This document shows positions 45,774 through 55,284 of a DNA stretch of 64,000 nucleotides, piece after piece. The translations under genes were made by a program, and so were the position numbers. The notes beneath the pieces are model-generated. The model saw only the letters and a program-made list of their open reading frames with translations, did no database searches and was not told the origin of the DNA. How positions within the stretch are numbered: the first letter of the stretch is position 1; each line of letters opens with the position of its first letter. Source of the stretch: Chthoniobacterales bacterium (GTDB taxonomy: Bacteria; Verrucomicrobiota; Verrucomicrobiia; Chthoniobacterales; JACTMZ01); the NCBI GenBank assembly GCA_044359955.1, contig JBIKLF010000003.1, positions 3,218-67,217 of the forward strand, read 5' to 3'.

Positions 45774-47729
45774 TCAGCGTGCACCGGGCGACGAGCGGAT
45801 CAACGCAATTTCCTCTTCGAGTTCGCTCCGCTGCTTCGCGGTCAGGCTTGGCGATTCCACGGCGAGCCCCAATTCGCGCAGGGCGGGGCGAGCCAATCCT
45901 TGTTTGGCGTAGGATTGCCCGAGGTAGAGCCGGTAAAAGCCGGCGTCCCCACCGCGCGCGGCGGTCAGAGCGACCAAGCGCTCGAGCAATTCCGCCTCGG
46001 TCTGGAAGGCGCGGGCCGCATTGGCGGCGCGGGCGGCGAGCCACAGTGTGCCGGTTTCTCCCGGCGCCAGGGTGACGGCTTTTTGCGCGGCGGCGTAGGC
46101 TTGATCGGTTAGTCCGGCATGCAGACACGCCTCGGTGCGGACTTCCCACGCGAGCGGAAGCGATGGGTCGAGGTCCACGGCCCGCGAGCTTTCCTCCAAC
46201 GCGGCGCGCACCTCACCGAGCGAAACCAAGGTGCGGGCCCGCACCGCCGCCGCCGGTGCCGAGAGGTCCGAGTTCCGCACGGCCGCGGCGGACAACTCCC
46301 CCGACTCGGGGAGCGCATTGGCCGCCAGCGCGGCGAGGGCGGCATCGGCGAGGAAGGCCGAGCGGTTGGCCCCGCCCCACATGTCGCGCGCCATTTGTTG
46401 CGCGGGTTCGGTCGGGAATTCCTTGGTTTGCGCTGCGCGGAGAAAAAGCACGCCGGCCGCATCAACGGCGGTCAACCGCCAGTCGGGTGATTCACCGAGG
46501 TGGCGGGCAAGGGCTGCATAGTCGGATTTTTCGCCGAGGAGCCAGACCGCATCGAAGCGGGACTCCCTGTCGCGGGCCCGCCAGAGCGAGGGTTCGCGTC
46601 CGAGCGGTTGTCCGCCGCCGGCCTCAACCGCCGGGGGGAGCGGTCCGGCCAAGCGGGCCAAGGGCAAGCCACGCGGGTTGACATAAATCAGGCCCCCGGC
46701 CGGCAAGGCATCGCGGGTCAGGGTCGGTTGAATCGCGGCCGGGGTCATGGCCAAAGCATACCAGCGCGGTGCGGCTTCCAGTGCGGGGGGCACGACGAGT
46801 CCGGCCGCAGCGAGGATCGCCGAGGCTTGCATCCACCAGCGGAAGGTGAAACCAATCTGCCGCCATTGGTCGACGGCGGCCGGCCAAGCGGGAATGAGCC
46901 AGAGGGCGAAGGGCCAGAGGAGGGCGGTTTGGCCAAAAGCCGCCGTGAGCAGTAACAAAGCAGGGGCCATGACGGTGCCGCGTGAGTCGAGGCGCCACGC
47001 GTTGGCCCCCGCGAGTGTGAGGATGCCGAGACCGGCCAGCAAGGCGAAGGCGGCGGCGGCGGAGAGGCCGCTTTGCGGCGACCAGAAGACGAAAATATTG
47101 GCCTCGGACCAGACGCCAAGTCCGCGCGGGGTGAATTGCGCTGCAGCGAGAACGAGGGCGGTCGCGGTCAGTGCCCAGCGACGAGGCAGTCGCGGCCAGG
47201 CATCGATGGTGAAGGCCGCGGCCAAGAGCAGTCCGCCGGGTGAGAGCCACACCGCAAGCCACACGGCAACGGGGAGGGTGAAGGCGACAAGGCGCGGCGA
47301 CCAGTGGAAGGTCGCGGTGCGCCAGGCCGACATGAGGAGCACCGCGAGGCCGAAGCCGCTCCAACCGCTGGCCGGTCCCGAGAGGACCACGGCAAGCAGA
47401 GCGGGCACCAGCGGGCCGAGTCCCCGCCACGCCCGGAGAGGCAGCAGCCAAAACCAAGTCAGCACGGCCAACCAGGCGACGAGGACGTGGAGATTTTGCC
47501 AAGCGCGCGGACCGGCCAAGGCAAAGGCGGTCGTGCTGGGCGCGGCCGAGAGGGTGAGCGGATGCCAGAACGAGGGACCGGACAGCAGCCAGAGTCCGGC
47601 TTCTTCCGCCACTCCGGCGCTGATCGCCTCGGGTCCACGCAGGGCAATCAGCGCGCCGAGGACAAACAAGGCGCAAACGGCGAGCGCGACAAGGCGGCGC
47701 CAGTTGCTGCGGTTCTCCTGCTCGGCCAT
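45774..47729 (-). CDS. polytopic membrane protein with C-terminal TPR-like repeats, hypothetical
   Basis: Start set at ATG 47729 (MAEQENRSNW). The listed ORF extends to 47870 but would then overlap the divergent bcp. More than 10 TM segments, then helical repeats. Confidence 0.6.
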   Translation of the reverse strand: MAEQENRSNWRRLVALAVCALFVLGALIALRGPEAISAGVAEEAGLWLLSGPSFWHPLTLSAAPSTTAFALAGPRAWQNLHVLVAWLAVLTWFWLLPLRAWRGLGPLVPALLAVVLSGPASGWSGFGLAVLLMSAWRTATFHWSPRLVAFTLPVAVWLAVWLSPGGLLLAAAFTIDAWPRLPRRWALTATALVLAAAQFTPRGLGVWSEANIFVFWSPQSGLSAAAAFALLAGLGILTLAGANAWRLDSRGTVMAPALLLLTAAFGQTALLWPFALWLIPAWPAAVDQWRQIGFTFRWWMQASAILAAAGLVVPPALEAAPRWYALAMTPAAIQPTLTRDALPAGGLIYVNPRGLPLARLAGPLPPAVEAGGGQPLGREPSLWRARDRESRFDAVWLLGEKSDYAALARHLGESPDWRLTAVDAAGVLFLRAAQTKEFPTEPAQQMARDMWGGANRSAFLADAALAALAANALPESGELSAAAVRNSDLSAPAAAVRARTLVSLGEVRAALEESSRAVDLDPSLPLAWEVRTEACLHAGLTDQAYAAAQKAVTLAPGETGTLWLAARAANAARAFQTEAELLERLVALTAARGGDAGFYRLYLGQSYAKQGLARPALRELGLAVESPSLTAKQRSELEEEIALIRSSPGAR

Positions 47730-47838
47730 CGGGACTGGATCATTCGGACGGGGCGCGGGCTTGGCAAGGAGAAGCGGGTGGAGGTTGATCGGCCTTCGGT
47801 GCCTTGCATCACGCCGCGGGCGCGATAAGTTCTCGTCC

Positions 47839-48369
47839 ATGCACGTTTTTTCATTCACTTTTGTTCTCATGCTTTCCTTTCTCGGCCTGACCCGCGAGGC
47901 GGGCGCCCTGTCCGTCGGCGACGAGGCGCCGCGCGTCTCTTCGCGTGACCAGCATGGCGCGGAAGTTCAGCTGGCGGACGTCTATAGCCGAGGCCCGACG
48001 CTCGTTTATTTTTATCCCAAAGCGGGAACGCCCGGTTGCACGGCGCAGGCCTGCTCGTTGCGTGATGCTTTTCCCGATTTCTCGGCGGACGGCATCCAAA
48101 TTATCGGGGTGAGTGCGGATACGGTGGAGGCGCAGAAAAAATTCGCCGACGCGCAGCAGATCCCGTTCATTTTGTTGGCCGACACGGACCTGTCGGTGGC
48201 CAAGGCCTTCGGAGTGCCGACCATTCCCGTGTTGGGAGTGCCGAAGCGCCAGTCCTTTTTGGTCAAGGACGGCAAGATTGCGTGGATTGTGGAGAGTGCG
48301 AAGACCGGGGACCATGCCGCGGAAGTGCGGCAGGCGTTGCAGTCGCTTGGTTCCGGGGAAAAATCTTGA
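47839..48369 (+). CDS. bcp: secreted peroxiredoxin, Bcp-type
   Basis: ATG 47839 within listed ORF 46747..48369. Signal-like N-terminus. VYFYPKAGTPGCTAQAC peroxidatic-Cys motif. Confidence 0.85.
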   Translation: MHVFSFTFVLMLSFLGLTREAGALSVGDEAPRVSSRDQHGAEVQLADVYSRGPTLVYFYPKAGTPGCTAQACSLRDAFPDFSADGIQIIGVSADTVEAQKKFADAQQIPFILLADTDLSVAKAFGVPTIPVLGVPKRQSFLVKDGKIAWIVESAKTGDHAAEVRQALQSLGSGEKS

Positions 48370-48410
48370 GCCTGCATCCGCGCGCGCTACAGTGTGCGTT
48401 CACCATGCGA

Positions 48411-48482
48411 GGGTTGGTAGCTCAATGGTAGAGCAGCGCCCTTTTAAGGCGTTGGTTGTGGGTTCGAGTCCCACCCGACCCA
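48411..48482 (+). tRNA. tRNA-Lys(TTT)
   Basis: Acceptor GGGTTGG/CCGACCC, anticodon stem GCGCC/GGCGT with loop CTTTTAA, T-arm GTGGG-TTCGAGT-CCCAC, A73. CCA is not encoded. Confidence 0.9.
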
Positions 48483-48548
48483 CTCGCTTTATGACGCGCT
48501 GAATAGTCTGCGGTGATCTCCGGGGCCCGCGGAGCTTCCGTTGATGTT

Positions 48549-48980
48549 TCAATTTTCGCGCACCCGGATGGCGAGGGCCGTGGCGGACTTGAAGGGGGCG
48601 GGGACGCCGATGGAGGTGCCGAGGCCGTAGCCGGCGGGAGGTCCGCCCCAGCCGTAGGCGATGCCGGTGCCGAGGGTGGGGGAAGCGGCCCATGGCTCGC
48701 CGAGAGAGAGGTTGAGGAGTCCGTTGGCGCCGAGTTGCGCGGCTTCGTTTTTCAGCCGCTCCAAGGCAAGATCCGTTGTGCCCTGCGAACTCCAACGGAA
48801 AGAACCGCGACTGTCGGCGTTGACCATGGCGATTTCCTCGTAATCGGAGGGCGGGTGAAGGTAGATGCGCACGGTGGAGGGATCGACCGGTGGGCGGGGT
48901 GGTCCGACCATGACATGCGAGGAGTTGTAGTTCGCGCACCCGGCGCAAAGCATCGCGGCCAAGACAGAGCGCAGCCTCAT
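48549..48980 (-). CDS. lipoprotein, hypothetical (paralogue of 49032..49442)
   Basis: ATG 48980. Lipobox AAMLCAGC. Shares MVGPPRPPVDPSTVRIY and LKNEAAQLGANGLL blocks with the divergent neighbour. Confidence 0.6.
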   Translation of the reverse strand: MRLRSVLAAMLCAGCANYNSSHVMVGPPRPPVDPSTVRIYLHPPSDYEEIAMVNADSRGSFRWSSQGTTDLALERLKNEAAQLGANGLLNLSLGEPWAASPTLGTGIAYGWGGPPAGYGLGTSIGVPAPFKSATALAIRVREN

Positions 48981-49031
48981 CCGGGCAGAGTGGCAGATTG
49001 ACCCGGCGCCGTCATCTGTTAGCAGTGAACC

Positions 49032-49442
49032 ATGCGTCGCATCCGAATCGCTTCCGCTTTGACCGCGGTCCTTTGTCTTCTCGCGGCGCCGGGGTGTGTC
49101 AGCACCAGCGTGAGGATGATGGGGCCGTCCAATCCCCCGACCGATCCCGCGCAGGTCGCGGTGTATGGTAGCTTGCCGTCCGGGTTTCGCGAAATCGCCT
49201 TGATCGAGGCGCACGTCTATTTCCCTATTTTCCTTTCGGACGAGGCGAAGACCGCGATGGGCCTCGAGGCATTGGCCAAGAGTGCAGCAGGGGTGGGGGC
49301 CAATGGGATCATGATCCGCAACTTGCACCCGGCGGCGGTCAACGCCTTTGGTCATGGCCACCGTGCTTTCCGGATGGCCGCGGTGGAGGGCAATTTTGCG
49401 CATAAGTCAACCATGCACGGGGTGGCGATCCAGACGCGCTGA
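49032..49442 (+). CDS. lipoprotein, hypothetical (paralogue of 48549..48980)
   Basis: Lipobox LLAAPGC. MMGPSNPPTDPAQVAVY and LAKSAAGVGANGIMI blocks. Confidence 0.6.
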   Translation: MRRIRIASALTAVLCLLAAPGCVSTSVRMMGPSNPPTDPAQVAVYGSLPSGFREIALIEAHVYFPIFLSDEAKTAMGLEALAKSAAGVGANGIMIRNLHPAAVNAFGHGHRAFRMAAVEGNFAHKSTMHGVAIQTR

Positions 49443-49475
49443 GGACGGCGTGGGCGCGATGGGGCGCGGCGGGAG

Positions 49476-50804
49476 CTACGTGGCGGGGAGAAATTTGCTG
49501 ACTTCGAGAAAGCCGGGGGCGAAATCGCGGGGGCGGGCGGCCAGCCAGTCGCGGATTAGCGAGAGGGGAAGAAAGAGGGTGTCTTCGATTTCGGAGGGCG
49601 GAAGCACGTAGGGTCCGTCATGTTGCGCGGTGAAGACTTCGACGAATTCCTGGCCGGTGTTCGAGCAGGCGCGAATTTTGCCGACCCGGGTAAGTTCGGG
49701 GCGGATCCCGAGTTCTTCTTCCGTTTCCCGTGCGGCGGCGGCGGCATAGGTTTCGCCGGGTTCAAGGTGCCCCGCGGCGCTTGAGTCCCACTTGCCGGGC
49801 TCGCGGTCTTTCCAGGCGGAACGCTTTTGCAGGAGGAGTTCGCCCTGGCGGTTGAAGACCAGAATGTGCACCGCGCGGTGGAGGAGGTCGCGGTCATGGA
49901 CTTCTTGGCGGGGGCGGGTGCCGATGACTTCATCGTGCTCGTCAACGATATCGAATGTTTCCCCGTCCTGCTGGGCGGGAGTGGCCGCGGCGGGGTCGAG
50001 AGTGCGGGCCAAGGCGACCCATTGCGGGACGGAAAGATCTTCGGCGCGGCAGGTGGCGGGAAGATTTTGCCCGGTGCACCAAGCGGACCAAACGGCGGGA
50101 TCGGCTTTGAGCAGGGAGCGAAGCTGCTTGCGGCGTTGGCTGAAACCGCGCTGGACGAGTTGGTCAAAAAAAAGCGAACGAACCGGCGGGAAGGCGTGCG
50201 AATCCCGCCGTTCGAGGATGACGAGGGCCGAATCGACGCCGGGCTCGGGAAAGAAAACGGTGGGGGGAAGCAGACGTTCGCGGCGCACGGACCAGAGTCG
50301 TTGGGTGCGCACGGTGAGGGCGCTGTAATCGGGTTGGTCGGGGATGGCGGCGAGGCGTTGGGCGAATTCGTCCTGCACGGCAAAGGTGGCGCGGGTCACG
50401 GGCGTGCCGGGGCCGAGCCAGGTGCGCAGGATCGGCGAGGTGGCGCAGTAGGGCAGGTTGCCGGCGAGGGGAAAGGGGCCGTGGAGGAGGAGCGGACGCC
50501 AGTCGAAGTCGATCGCGTCGGCCGGCACGACTTCCACGCGGTCGGCGGGAAATTTCTCTCGCAGCCAAGCGGCGAGGCGGGCGTCCTTCTCGATGACCAA
50601 CAGCCGGTCGCAGCGCTCGAGGAGCGGAGCGGTGAGGGAACCGAGGCCGGGGCCGATTTCGACCGCGAAAGGGACGTGGTCCGGAAGAGCCGCGGCCGCG
50701 AGGGCGCGGGCCAGATTTTGGTCGTGGAGAAAATTTTGCCCGAGGCTTTTGGTCGGGCGAAGTTGGAGTTCGTCCAAGGCGAGGCGGAGGTCAGTGAGGC
50801 GCAA
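49476..50804 (-). CDS. rsmA: 16S rRNA dimethyladenosine transferase (RsmA/KsgA) fused to a Nudix hydrolase domain
   Basis: The N-terminal 260 aa carry KSLGQNFL, VEIGPGLGSLT and GNLPY. The C-terminal 170 aa carry the Nudix box GHLEPGETYAAAAARETEEELGI. A single uninterrupted ORF of 442 aa. Confidence 0.85.
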   Translation of the reverse strand: MRLTDLRLALDELQLRPTKSLGQNFLHDQNLARALAAAALPDHVPFAVEIGPGLGSLTAPLLERCDRLLVIEKDARLAAWLREKFPADRVEVVPADAIDFDWRPLLLHGPFPLAGNLPYCATSPILRTWLGPGTPVTRATFAVQDEFAQRLAAIPDQPDYSALTVRTQRLWSVRRERLLPPTVFFPEPGVDSALVILERRDSHAFPPVRSLFFDQLVQRGFSQRRKQLRSLLKADPAVWSAWCTGQNLPATCRAEDLSVPQWVALARTLDPAAATPAQQDGETFDIVDEHDEVIGTRPRQEVHDRDLLHRAVHILVFNRQGELLLQKRSAWKDREPGKWDSSAAGHLEPGETYAAAAARETEEELGIRPELTRVGKIRACSNTGQEFVEVFTAQHDGPYVLPPSEIEDTLFLPLSLIRDWLAARPRDFAPGFLEVSKFLPAT

Positions 50805-50891
50805 GAGGAAGAAAGTTGACGGTTTGCGGTGTGCAGTTTTCAGCCAGAATGGTCGCGGCGGACGGGGTGCGGCGCGGCGGACGGAAGAAAC

Positions 50892-52658
50892 TTAAAGATC
50901 GAAGAGGTCGGGGTAGTGTTGTTTGGCGTAGTCGCGGCACATGGTTTCGATCTCCTGCGGATCGGTCATGCTTGAGGCGCGGCCGGCGAATTCCTTGCAG
51001 TCCTGGGAGTCGAGGCTTTGCAGGGCTTTTTTGATCCGGGGCACGGCGGGGGTGCCCACGCTGAATTCATCCATGCCGAGGCCGAGGAGCAGCGGGGTGA
51101 GATGGATCTCGGCGGCCATCTCGCCGCAGACCCCGATCCAGATGCCATTTTCGTGGGCCGCGGCAGCGGCCATGGCGAGGAGCCGCAGGACGGCGGGGTG
51201 GGCTGGTTGGTAAAGGTGGGCGATGCGCTCGTTGCCGCGGTCGACCGCCATGGTGTATTGCACGAGGTCGTTGCTCCCGACGCTGAAAAATTTCACTTCC
51301 TTGGCCAGTTGGTCCGCAATGAGAGCGGCGGCGGGCAACTCGATCATGCTGCCGACCTCGATGTCATGGAGGTAAGGGACACCGCGGCCGGCCAGCTGCT
51401 TTTTGCATTCCTCGAGGTGGGCGTTGGCGCGGCGGAGTTCGTCCGTCTGCCCGATCATGGGATACATAAGCCGCACGTGGCCGTGGGCACCGGCACGAAG
51501 GATGGCGCGCAACTGGGTCTGGAAAAGTTCGGGCTGGGCGAGGCAGAGGCGGATGGCCCGGCAGCCGAGGAAGGGGTTGTCCTCGCTGGCTTGGTCCGCG
51601 AGGTGCATGAGTTTGTCGCCGCCGATATCGAGGGTGCGGATGATGACGCCGTGGGGGCGGCAGCGTTCGGCGACGAGTTTGTAGGCTTCGTATTGCTCGT
51701 CTTCGGAGGGCGAGGCGGCCTTGTTGAGGAAAAGAAATTCCGTGCGGAAGAGACCGACGCCCTCGGCGCCCGAGGAGGCGATGGCGTCGAGTTCGGAAGG
51801 TAGTTCGATATTCGCGGAGAGGACAATGTGGCGTCCGTCGCGCGTGTTCGACAGGGTTTCGCGGATGGCCTCGAGTTGGTGGGCGACTTCGACTTTGTGG
51901 CGTTCGATTTGTCCGTATTCGAAGCGTGTCTGTTCGGAGGGATTGCCGATGAGTTTGCCGCTGTAGCCGTCGAGCAGAACGTAATCGCCAGTGGCGATTT
52001 TGGTGCAGATGCCGGGGAGGGCGACAATGGCCGGGATGCCGAGGGACCGCGCCATGATGGCGCTGTGCGAGGTGCGGCTGCCTTGTTCGGTGACGAAGCC
52101 GCGGACGAGTTCGCGGTTGATCAGCGCGGTATCGGACGGCGTGAGATTGCGCGCGACGATGATGTGCGGCCGGTCGAGTTTGTGGAGTTCCTCGCGGGAT
52201 TTGCCCAGAAGGTGGCGGATGATGCGGCGGGTGACGTCTTCGACGTCGACGACGCGTTCCTGCAGGTAGGGGTCATCGATGGCGGCGAGGGTGCGGCAGT
52301 ATTTCTCGGCGACCTGGTGGAAGACGAATTCGATATTATGCAGGTCGCGTTCGAGTCCGCGCAGGGCTTCATCGATAAGGGTGCGGTCCTCGACGACGAG
52401 GAGGTGGGCATCAAAGATGCTGGCGTCGTCCGCCCCGATGGCTCCGGCAATTTTCTGCTGAATCTCGAGAAGTTCCTGGCGTGTGGCGATGAGGGCGACC
52501 TCGAACCGGGCAATTTCCGCCGGGATTTCCTCCGGGGTGATGTCGCGAACCGGTATTTCTTCCTCGTTCTGCCAATGGACGACCGCCTCGCCCTCGACGA
52601 TGCCGGGGGAGACGCCGAGGCCTTGCCAAATGATTTCTGTCTCTTGCGGTGCGCCCAT
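50892..52658 (-). CDS. ptsI: phosphoenolpyruvate-protein phosphotransferase (PTS enzyme I)
   Basis: 588 aa. Phospho-His motif GSRTSHSAIMARSLGIPA. PEP-utilising C-terminal TIM barrel with CGEMA. Confidence 0.95.
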   Translation of the reverse strand: MGAPQETEIIWQGLGVSPGIVEGEAVVHWQNEEEIPVRDITPEEIPAEIARFEVALIATRQELLEIQQKIAGAIGADDASIFDAHLLVVEDRTLIDEALRGLERDLHNIEFVFHQVAEKYCRTLAAIDDPYLQERVVDVEDVTRRIIRHLLGKSREELHKLDRPHIIVARNLTPSDTALINRELVRGFVTEQGSRTSHSAIMARSLGIPAIVALPGICTKIATGDYVLLDGYSGKLIGNPSEQTRFEYGQIERHKVEVAHQLEAIRETLSNTRDGRHIVLSANIELPSELDAIASSGAEGVGLFRTEFLFLNKAASPSEDEQYEAYKLVAERCRPHGVIIRTLDIGGDKLMHLADQASEDNPFLGCRAIRLCLAQPELFQTQLRAILRAGAHGHVRLMYPMIGQTDELRRANAHLEECKKQLAGRGVPYLHDIEVGSMIELPAAALIADQLAKEVKFFSVGSNDLVQYTMAVDRGNERIAHLYQPAHPAVLRLLAMAAAAAHENGIWIGVCGEMAAEIHLTPLLLGLGMDEFSVGTPAVPRIKKALQSLDSQDCKEFAGRASSMTDPQEIETMCRDYAKQHYPDLFDL

Positions 52659-52716
52659 CCCGAGCGCTGTTTAACGTAAAGAGCAGAGGGGGGGAAGGGG
52701 GAATGCTGGGTCCGGC

Positions 52717-53034
52717 TCAGTCCTCGTGGAAACGGCTGGCCACGAGTTCCTCGATTTCTTTGAGGAATTTTTCGGCATCGCTGCCGGCGGCGGAGACCTT
52801 GAGTTTGGAACCGTGGCCGGCGGCCAGCATCATGAGACCCATGATGGACTTGCCGTTGACTTCCTCGCCGTCCTTCTCGACCCAGACCTCGGCTTTGAAG
52901 CGGTTCGACGTCTTGACGAAAAGGGCCGCGGGGCGGGCGTGGAGCCCGTAGCGGTTGAGAATGACCAGTTCGCGAGTGAGGCGGCTGCCCGCCGCGCCGG
53001 TTTTTTTGGCGAGGATTCCCATGTGTTTTGTCAC
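52717..53034 (-). CDS. ptsH: phosphocarrier protein HPr
   Basis: GLHARPA (His15 site) and GKSIMGLM (Ser46 site) are both present. GTG 53034 overlaps the hprK stop; ATG 53022 is the alternative. Confidence 0.9.
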   Translation of the reverse strand: MTKHMGILAKKTGAAGSRLTRELVILNRYGLHARPAALFVKTSNRFKAEVWVEKDGEEVNGKSIMGLMMLAAGHGSKLKVSAAGSDAEKFLKEIEELVASRFHED

Positions 53035-53978
53035 TTGCCCTTCATTTGCTTGATCAGTCGTTCGTTGAACTCGTTGGCGCTGTCCGTCCCGTGGGACTTC
53101 AACTTCTGGTCCAACGCGGCAACTTCGACCAAACGCCCGAGATCACGGCCGGTGCGAACGGGGATAATAACGTGGGCCACGGAGATGCCAAGGATCTTGT
53201 AGAACTGCCGCTGGAGGCCGTGGCGGTCGACGTCTTCCATTTCCGTCCAGTCCTTGAGGGTCACGACAAGATCGAGGGACTTTTCCGTCCGGATACTGCG
53301 GACGCCGAAGATGGAGGCAACGTTGATGATGCCGATGCCGCGGACTTCCATGTGGAAGCGGGTCAGTTCGGCGGAGGCGCCGATCAGGTCGCGGCCTTCG
53401 ATGGCGCGGAAGCGGGTGATGTCGTCGCTGACCAGGCTGTAGCCGCGCTCGAGGAGGCTGAGGACGCACTCGCTTTTGCCGATGCCGCTGGCGCCGCGGA
53501 TGAGGGTGCCCACGCCGAGGATATCGACCATGCTGCCGTGCTCGCTGCGGCGCGGGGCGAATTCGAGTTCGAGCGCGATGGTCGCGGCATTGATGAACTT
53601 CATGGTGATCATCGGGGTGCGGAAGACGGGAATGCCGGCGCGGTCGGCAAACTCGGTGACACCTGACGGAAGTTTCGCCCGGCGGGCAATGACAAGGCAG
53701 GGGATGGTGCAACCGAAAAACCGGCGCAGGCGGTCCTTGCGTTCGCTGGTGGGGAGACTTTGAAGGTAGCTCAATTCGGCACTGCCGAAAACCTGGACGC
53801 GTTTCGGGGCGAAGTAATTGTAGAAACCCGAGAGGGCAAGGCCCGGGCGGTTGACCGTGGGCTCGCGGATGATGCGGTCGAGGCCGGTTTTTCCGGCCAC
53901 CAGTTCGAGGCCGAGGGCGTCGGCGTTGGTTTCGAAAAATTGCCCGACGCTGGGTGGTTCGATTGCAAGAGAGGCCAT
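53031..53978 (-). CDS. hprK: HPr kinase/phosphorylase
   Basis: 315 aa. P-loop GASGIGKSE, LVSDD, MEVRGIGI. Confidence 0.9.
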   Translation of the reverse strand: MASLAIEPPSVGQFFETNADALGLELVAGKTGLDRIIREPTVNRPGLALSGFYNYFAPKRVQVFGSAELSYLQSLPTSERKDRLRRFFGCTIPCLVIARRAKLPSGVTEFADRAGIPVFRTPMITMKFINAATIALELEFAPRRSEHGSMVDILGVGTLIRGASGIGKSECVLSLLERGYSLVSDDITRFRAIEGRDLIGASAELTRFHMEVRGIGIINVASIFGVRSIRTEKSLDLVVTLKDWTEMEDVDRHGLQRQFYKILGISVAHVIIPVRTGRDLGRLVEVAALDQKLKSHGTDSANEFNERLIKQMKGK

Positions 53979-53983
53979 GGCGT

Positions 53984-54751
53984 TTACATGCTGAAGCTTT
54001 CGCCGAGGTATAGGCGGCGGCTGACGGGATCGTTGAGCAGGAAATCTTTGGGTCCCTCGCTTTCGACGCGTCCTTCGAAGATGAGGTAAGCGCGGTCCAC
54101 GATGGCGAGGGTTTCGCGGACGTTGTGGTCGGTGATGAGGATGGCGAGGCCGGCATCGCGCAGGTTCGAGATGATCTGCTGGACGTCGAAGACCGCGATG
54201 GGGTCCACGCCGCTGAAGGGTTCGTCGAGCATGAGGAGCGAAGGGCTGGTCACGAGCGAGCGGGCGATGGTCAGGCGGCGTTTCTCGCCACCGCTGAGGG
54301 TGAGGGCGGTATTTTTGGCGATGTGCTCGATGCCGAACTGGTGGAGCAGTTCCTCGCAGCGGGCTTTGCGTTGCGGGCGGGAGAGCTGGGTGGTCTCGAG
54401 GATGGCCATGATGTTCTGCTCCACGGTGAGCTTGCGGAAGACGGATTCCTCCTGCGGCAGGTAGCCCATGCCGGCGCGGGCGCGGCGGAACATGGGCATG
54501 CGGGTGACATCCTGGTTGTCGAAGAGGACGCGGCCCGAGTTCGGACGGACGAGACCGACGATCATGTAGAAACTGGTCGTTTTGCCCGCGCCATTGGGTC
54601 CGAGCAAGCCGACGACTTCGCCGCGGCGCACATGGATGTCGACGCCATTGACCACGGGGCGTCCGCCGTAAATTTTGACCAGCTGGTCCGTCTGGAGAAT
54701 CGGGCTGGTGGCAGTTTGGCCGGGCTGGGCGGTGGGAAGTTCGGCGGTCAT
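53984..54751 (-). CDS. lptB: LPS export ABC transporter ATP-binding protein
   Basis: GPNGAGKTTSFYM, GMGYLPQE, LSGGEKRRLTIARSL, LMLDEPF. Confidence 0.9.
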   Translation of the reverse strand: MTAELPTAQPGQTATSPILQTDQLVKIYGGRPVVNGVDIHVRRGEVVGLLGPNGAGKTTSFYMIVGLVRPNSGRVLFDNQDVTRMPMFRRARAGMGYLPQEESVFRKLTVEQNIMAILETTQLSRPQRKARCEELLHQFGIEHIAKNTALTLSGGEKRRLTIARSLVTSPSLLMLDEPFSGVDPIAVFDVQQIISNLRDAGLAILITDHNVRETLAIVDRAYLIFEGRVESEGPKDFLLNDPVSRRLYLGESFSM

Positions 54752-55284
54752 GGCAATTCGGGGGCGGAGGAGTCGGTGATCACCGTGCGGCTGGGTCCGA
54801 CGGTGCTGGCCCGCCCGTCGCGGTGGAGAATCATGCGTGTTTCGGGGGAGGTGGCGATGTGGCGGTTGATGCCCTGTTGGATTTGTGGACTGCCGCTGAG
54901 GGTGGCGCGGCCGGCGGAAGGAATGTATTCGGCGCGCTGGGCCCGGCCGACCGCACCTTTGCCCTGCTCGCCCTCGCCGGCGGCGCGTTGCACGATAACC
55001 ACATTGCCTTCGGCCACCGCGCGTTCGATCCCCGAGCGGTCGGCGCTGAGGAGAACGGTGAGCCGGTCGGCGGAGAGGAGGAAACTGGGGTCGGTGACGC
55101 GCACGCTGCCGACGAAGATGGCGGTGTTTTTTTGTTCGTCGAAGGTGGCCTCTTTTTGCGCGGTGATTTCGGTTTTGGATCCGAGCGGCCGCGTATCGGC
55201 CAAGGGTCCGAGCCCGAGCGGATCGGCGCCGGTCTGGGCCGCCGCGGTGGCGGCGAGAGCGAGGAGAAAAACGGCGGGTCTCAT
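54748..55284 (-). CDS. lptA: LptA/OstA-like periplasmic LPS transport protein
   Basis: ATG 55284. Signal peptide, then the OstA_N pattern (AIFVGSVRV..LSADRLTV..AEGNVVIV..RAEY). ATGA overlap with lptB. Confidence 0.7.
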   Translation of the reverse strand: MRPAVFLLALAATAAAQTGADPLGLGPLADTRPLGSKTEITAQKEATFDEQKNTAIFVGSVRVTDPSFLLSADRLTVLLSADRSGIERAVAEGNVVIVQRAAGEGEQGKGAVGRAQRAEYIPSAGRATLSGSPQIQQGINRHIATSPETRMILHRDGRASTVGPSRTVITDSSAPELP

